Assembly (NCBI GenBank): GCA_942491425.1
Contig: CALOAV010000030.1
Coordinates: forward strand, 50,934 to 114,933
DNA: 64,000 nt
DNA from: an uncultured Cytophagales bacterium
GTDB lineage: Bacteria; Bacteroidota; Bacteroidia; Cytophagales; Cyclobacteriaceae
Direction: 5' to 3'
The notes beneath the pieces are model-generated. The model searched no databases. It saw only the letters and a list, made by a program, of their open reading frames with translations, and was not told where the DNA came from. Of this stretch, positions 59,313 to 64,000 are shown in pieces. The first letter of the stretch is position 1; every line of letters begins with the position of its first letter. The position numbers and the translations under genes were made by a program.

Positions 59313-61484
59313 TCACTTGTCGGGTAATGCAAACGCCATGTATGCGTCTCCAGATTTTGTATTCAGCTTTCCTCCTCCGCAGGCAATCACAATATATTGT
59401 TTACCATTTAATTCATATACTGCAGGTGTGGCAAATGCAGGAGCTGGCAGTGTATATTCCCAGATCAATTTGCCATTGGTTTTGTTAAAGGCACGCAACT
59501 TTCCATCCAGGGATGCGCCAATGAACACAAGCCCTCCTGCCGTAACTACAGGGCCACCATAATTTTCAGTTCCGGTTGGCGGAATACCTTTTGCTTTCAA
59601 TTCCGGATGTTCGCCCAGGGTAGTTTTCCAAACAAATTCTCCCGTGTTTAAGTTGATAGCATTCAATGTCCCCCATGGCGGACTAATGGCTGGGTATCCG
59701 TCAGGCGTCAAAAATTTTCTATATCCATTCATTTTATAGCGGACAAAGTTCATACTATCCAATGCTCCATGCGTATTCTCAAATTCTTTATCCTGGTTTT
59801 GTTTCAGGTCAAGAACAAAGGTAGCAATCGCATTCTTATCGTTTTCGTTGAGGTAACCGAATGCGGGCATCATCCTTCGTCCACTGTTAACAAGTGCTAC
59901 CAAATCTTCGCTGTTGTATCTTGATTCGATGTTGATCAGTGTTGGATTATTGCCACTTCCTTTTCGATCAGGACCATGACAGGTTGCACAATGCTGATTG
60001 TACAGTCGTGCACCAGCTTCCAGCCATGATTCCTTCACAGGTTGCTCCATTTTATTTTCACGTATATCCATTATCCAGGCCATTTCGTTTGCATTTACAT
60101 AGAGAATGCCCGTTTGAGGATCGAAAGCCGGACCGCCCCATTCACCCCCTCCATCGTATCCAGGAAAAATAAGGGAAGGTATTGTACCTGGCGGTGTATA
60201 CATGTGGTCATGCCTGTATTGCTTGAGCGCATTTGCTAATTTTTCTTTTACGCTGTCTTCAACGTATGGATTGAAATCATCATTTGATAAATATTGACGT
60301 GCAAAGGGAATTGGTTTTTGTGGTATAGGCTGTGTTGGCCAAATCTTTTCACCAACAAGGTCACTGGTTGTATCAACAGGAATTTCATCAATAGGAAATA
60401 CAGGATTTCCATTTTCTCTTTCAAAGACATATACCATTCCGTTTTTGGTTGTCTGTGCAACCGCATCAAGTGGTTTCCCATTTTTGTTAATCGTGATGAG
60501 TGCTGGAGGTGTGGGTACGTCTTTATCCCATACATCATGATGAACAAACTGAAAATGCCAAATTAGTTTTCCAGTGGCAGCATCCAATGCAAGCAAGCAA
60601 TTTGCAAATAAGTTGGACCCGGTACGATTACCTCCGTAAAAATCATATGCCGCTGATCCGGTGGGTGCGAAGAGTATACCCCGCTCCGCATCTAATGAAA
60701 ACCCACTCCATACATTGGCGCCACCAATGTACTTCCATGCATCTTTATTATCCCAGGTTTCATAACCGAATTCACCCGGCTGCGGAATGGTATGAAAGAT
60801 CCATTCTAATTTCCCGGTCAATACATCATAGGCACGAATATGCCCGGGGGCAGATGGGAGCGCTTCGTCAACCCGTGTACCCATAATAATCAAATTTTTA
60901 TAGATGGTCCCGGGAGAAGTATTCACTACAAACAAATCTTGTACCTCCCGACCGAGTCCATCATGAAGATCAATAGATCCCTGATCGCCAAATGACGGAA
61001 TGGGTTTTCCTGTATCAGCATCAACTGCATAGGTAGTGGAACCTGCTGTAAAAAATATACGGTGATCATCTTTTCCATCCGTCCAGTAGACCACTCCGCG
61101 GCTATTAATCAGTATGTGCTGTGCAACAGGATTAAAGTAATTCAATGATTCAGCATTGGAATCAAAGACCCATTTTTCCTTCCCGGTTGACGCATCAATT
61201 GCAAACAACTTCATTTGAGGACCCACCCCGTACAATATACCATCCACAACTATGGGATTGCATTGGATTTGTGATCCACTCGTATCGGCATCACCCGTTT
61301 GATAGGTCCACGCCACCTGCAATTGGTCTACATTGGCCGTATCAATTTGTGTAAGTGATGAATATTTGATTGCATCTGTACTACCATTGTATACTGTCCA
61401 TGTCTTATATTCCTTTGAAGGAGGGTTACAGGAAAGCATCAGTAAAGATGACGTGAGGAGTACAAATAAAAGACGGATTACCAT
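59313..61484 (-). CDS. PQQ-dependent dehydrogenase (8-bladed beta-propeller) with C-terminal cytochrome c domain
   Basis: Signal peptide; repeated W-containing PQQ propeller motifs; CATCHG haem-binding site in the C-terminal part. Confidence 0.8.
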   Translation of the reverse strand: MVIRLLFVLLTSSLLMLSCNPPSKEYKTWTVYNGSTDAIKYSSLTQIDTANVDQLQVAWTYQTGDADTSGSQIQCNPIVVDGILYGVGPQMKLFAIDASTGKEKWVFDSNAESLNYFNPVAQHILINSRGVVYWTDGKDDHRIFFTAGSTTYAVDADTGKPIPSFGDQGSIDLHDGLGREVQDLFVVNTSPGTIYKNLIIMGTRVDEALPSAPGHIRAYDVLTGKLEWIFHTIPQPGEFGYETWDNKDAWKYIGGANVWSGFSLDAERGILFAPTGSAAYDFYGGNRTGSNLFANCLLALDAATGKLIWHFQFVHHDVWDKDVPTPPALITINKNGKPLDAVAQTTKNGMVYVFERENGNPVFPIDEIPVDTTSDLVGEKIWPTQPIPQKPIPFARQYLSNDDFNPYVEDSVKEKLANALKQYRHDHMYTPPGTIPSLIFPGYDGGGEWGGPAFDPQTGILYVNANEMAWIMDIRENKMEQPVKESWLEAGARLYNQHCATCHGPDRKGSGNNPTLINIESRYNSEDLVALVNSGRRMMPAFGYLNENDKNAIATFVLDLKQNQDKEFENTHGALDSMNFVRYKMNGYRKFLTPDGYPAISPPWGTLNAINLNTGEFVWKTTLGEHPELKAKGIPPTGTENYGGPVVTAGGLVFIGASLDGKLRAFNKTNGKLIWEYTLPAPAFATPAVYELNGKQYIVIACGGGKLNTKSGDAYMAFALPDK

Positions 61485-61626
61485 ACAGTAAAAAATTTAA
61501 TTAAAACTTCTTTTCCAATTTCAACGAGCCTCCTTCAGCAAAAACGGTATTAAAGATACATCGGATCCTGCATCAAGGGCAACTTCTATTATCCAGAACA
61601 GATATATGAGCTTTTCGAAATACCAA

Positions 61627-64000
61627 TTAACGTGCGATAAATGTGTATTGCTTTCCTGCCTCCGTTGAAATGTCATAAAGGAATGTCTTCCTGACTTCAG
61701 GCATTTCAAGACTTGCCTGCTGAGCGATTATTGGTGCAGGGGTTTCGTCAACCACATAAAACGGATTGATATTAGTACCAATAGCGTTGCTCAGTTTACC
61801 ATCCCTGGTATTCAGTTCGTTGGGTACTCTCAACCGAAGGTTTCCACCGGATGAAGATTTAATAATCAACGTTACTACTTTCGAACCCTTCCATTCCAAC
61901 TTAACAATTTCAAAACCACCTTTGGCCCTCAATCCGGTTACGCTGCCCGAAGGCCATATATCCGGAAGTGCCGGTAATATATGTATTTCATCATATCCGC
62001 TTTGCATTAACATTTCCGCAATGCCGGATGTACAACCAAAGTTGCCGTCAATCTGAAAAGGCGGATGGGCATCAAAAAGATTATTGTATGTCCCTCCTCC
62101 CCCTTCGATTGTGCCAACCGGGGTTAGCTGATCCTTGATCAGTTTGTACGCATGATTTCCATCCAGCAAACGGGCCCACCAATTTACTTTCCATCCCATG
62201 CTCCAACCGGTAGAAACATCACTACGTTGGATCAGGGTTGTTTTCGCTGCACTGTAAAGCTCCGGAGTACGAAAAGGTGAAATCTGATTCGAAGGAAATA
62301 ATCCGTATAAATGCGAAACATGCCGATGATGATCATTCGGATCATCAATATCTTCCAACCACTCCTGTAACTGTCCTAAACGACCAATGTGCATCGGAGG
62401 AAGGCGGTTGCGTTGCAGCTGTAAACTATCCACAAACGGCTTATCCCTGTCGAGTATGCGTGCGGCTCGTATTACCGTGCTGAAAACATCAAAAATGATT
62501 TGATTGGACATGGTTGTGCCGACATCCAACGAGGATCCCTGATGTTGTTTTGGTGCGTTCTCCGGCGACATGTCGGGATTAATCACCAACCAACCATTGG
62601 CAGGGTGTTCGATAAGAAAATCGGAATAAAATAAGGCTGCACCTTTCAGTATTGGATAAACAGATGCCAGGTATTCTTTATCGCCTGAATACAAATAATG
62701 CTCCCATAAATGCTGGCTGGTCCAGCCACCTCCTGACACCCATGCACCCCAGAAAGCACCGTCAATCGCTCCTGTGGCCCGCCAGATATCGGTGTTATGG
62801 TGCGCCATCCAACCGCGGGTACCGTACATCACGCGCGCTGTTTCCTGGCCGGTTATTGATAATTCTTTAACCATTTGCAGAAACGGCTCGTGCAATTCAG
62901 AAAGATTTGTTTTCTCTGCCGGCCAATAATTCATTTCAGCATTTATATTAATGGTGTATTTACTATCCCATGGTGGCTTCATTCTGTCGTTCCAAATACC
63001 CTGCAAATTGGCAGGTTGACCTCCGGGCTGAGAAGCGGAGATCAGCAAGTAGCGCCCGTACTGAAAATATAATGCTGCAAAATCAGGGTCATTTGTTTGG
63101 TTGAAATTTTTCAACCGTTGATCAGTTGGTAATTTTGCCGCATCAGAACCACCAAGGTCGAGTTGCACTCTGTTAAAATAATGCTGATAGGCAGCTACAT
63201 GGCTATCCAAACTTTTTTTGTAAGATTCTCCGGCTGCCTTATTCATGAATGCTGTTGCCCGTTCATTCTCATTGCCGCTAATATCATTGTAGCTGTTAAA
63301 GTTGGTACCAATAGAAATATAAATAGTAGCTGTGTTTGCATCCTTGATCACTAATGATGTATCAGAAACTGAAAGGGTTCCACCGTCCAGTTTAATGCGA
63401 CTAATTCCTTTAAACTTAATTTTACCCTGGACTCCTTCGTGGTCGGATGTTGTTGCCGACCATGTCAATTCCATTCCCGATGTTGTTTCAATTATTGCGT
63501 TTTGGTGTGGCGTTGTAAAGGTGGCCGTAAATGAAATGCTTTTTGATTTGCTAGCAAACAGATGTATTACAATCACCCGATCGGTTAATGAAGCAAACAT
63601 TTCGCGGGTATACTTCGTGTCACCCACAGTATAAAATGTTTTTGCAACAGCTCTTTCGATGTTGAGTTCACGCTGGTAATCCCGGTAGTTGTCATGACCT
63701 TCGAACATCAATTGAAGGTTTCCTACCGGTTGAAACATCTGACCATGCGATTTTTTTGTAATGATTGTTTTGTTGGCTAGTTGCTCAGCTTCTTTCTGTT
63801 TACCCTCAAAAATTAACCGACGAATTTCCGGCAGGGAAGTTAGCGTCTCGGGATTGTCATTGCGGTTTGGACTTCCACTCCAAACGGTATGTTCGTTCAA
63901 TTGAATCGTTTCCTGAACAACATTACCATAGATCATTGCCCCAAGTCTGCCGTTTCCAATAGGAAGTGCATCCACCCACTTTTCGGCTGGCGTTGTATAC
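61627..64000 (-). CDS. Glycoside hydrolase family 95 (alpha-L-fucosidase-like), 5'-partial at the window edge
   Basis: LPIGNGRLGAMIYG N-terminal GH95 signature; the frame remains open upstream of the GTG at 63975 to the window end (...YTTPAEKW), so the true start lies beyond 64000. Confidence 0.85.
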   Translation of the reverse strand, partial: YTTPAEKWVDALPIGNGRLGAMIYGNVVQETIQLNEHTVWSGSPNRNDNPETLTSLPEIRRLIFEGKQKEAEQLANKTIITKKSHGQMFQPVGNLQLMFEGHDNYRDYQRELNIERAVAKTFYTVGDTKYTREMFASLTDRVIVIHLFASKSKSISFTATFTTPHQNAIIETTSGMELTWSATTSDHEGVQGKIKFKGISRIKLDGGTLSVSDTSLVIKDANTATIYISIGTNFNSYNDISGNENERATAFMNKAAGESYKKSLDSHVAAYQHYFNRVQLDLGGSDAAKLPTDQRLKNFNQTNDPDFAALYFQYGRYLLISASQPGGQPANLQGIWNDRMKPPWDSKYTININAEMNYWPAEKTNLSELHEPFLQMVKELSITGQETARVMYGTRGWMAHHNTDIWRATGAIDGAFWGAWVSGGGWTSQHLWEHYLYSGDKEYLASVYPILKGAALFYSDFLIEHPANGWLVINPDMSPENAPKQHQGSSLDVGTTMSNQIIFDVFSTVIRAARILDRDKPFVDSLQLQRNRLPPMHIGRLGQLQEWLEDIDDPNDHHRHVSHLYGLFPSNQISPFRTPELYSAAKTTLIQRSDVSTGWSMGWKVNWWARLLDGNHAYKLIKDQLTPVGTIEGGGGTYNNLFDAHPPFQIDGNFGCTSGIAEMLMQSGYDEIHILPALPDIWPSGSVTGLRAKGGFEIVKLEWKGSKVVTLIIKSSSGGNLRLRVPNELNTRDGKLSNAIGTNINPFYVVDETPAPIIAQQASLEMPEVRKTFLYDISTEAGKQYTFIAR

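Overview
This looks like a chromosomal segment from a Bacteroidota genome (about 42% GC, a T9SS type-B sorting domain, GH3/DUF3109/DUF4290-type genes). It is mostly housekeeping. Coding content includes rseP, dxr, a GH3 family protein, DegP/HtrA, a sensor histidine kinase, a GMC oxidoreductase with its Tat-signal partner subunit, two tandem BLUF photoreceptor paralogs, dnaA, methylmalonyl-CoA mutase (mutA/mutB), a 1414-aa secreted TPR-CHAT (caspase-like) protein, a UvrD-type helicase, DUF4290-murA, a flotillin/NfeD pair, xth, hisS, hutH, a T9SS cargo protein, ybaB, a GT2 glycosyltransferase, a PspC-domain protein, pyruvate dehydrogenase E1 beta, SPFH and PepSY-TM proteins, tRNA-Gly(CCC), HutD, an ABC transporter whose permease is fused to an M1 metallopeptidase, fumarylacetoacetase, an RsmF-like methyltransferase, an M20 peptidase, a PQQ/cytochrome c dehydrogenase and a 5'-partial GH95 fucosidase. 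The most unusual non-coding structure is a 1.1-kb block directly upstream of hisS. It consists of two families of higher-order tandem repeats built on about 60-bp units. Each unit carries a CCATGG-flanked 8-bp-stem hairpin; the two families' hairpins are in inverted orientation and show compensatory stem changes. Other structured features are AATCACY heptamer microsatellites and a 100-bp duplication around a four-helix-bundle gene, a 197-bp tandem duplication with a UUCG-loop hairpin, a direct-repeat-flanked 1-kb cassette next to the tRNA-Gly, clusters of palindromes, and a 636-bp structured non-coding gap. Three genes (hutH, mutB, a CHRD-domain lipoprotein gene) carry apparent frameshifts, at least the hutH ones in A-runs, so assembly errors are as likely as real pseudogenes. 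No CRISPR array, cas genes, transposase or integrase were seen.
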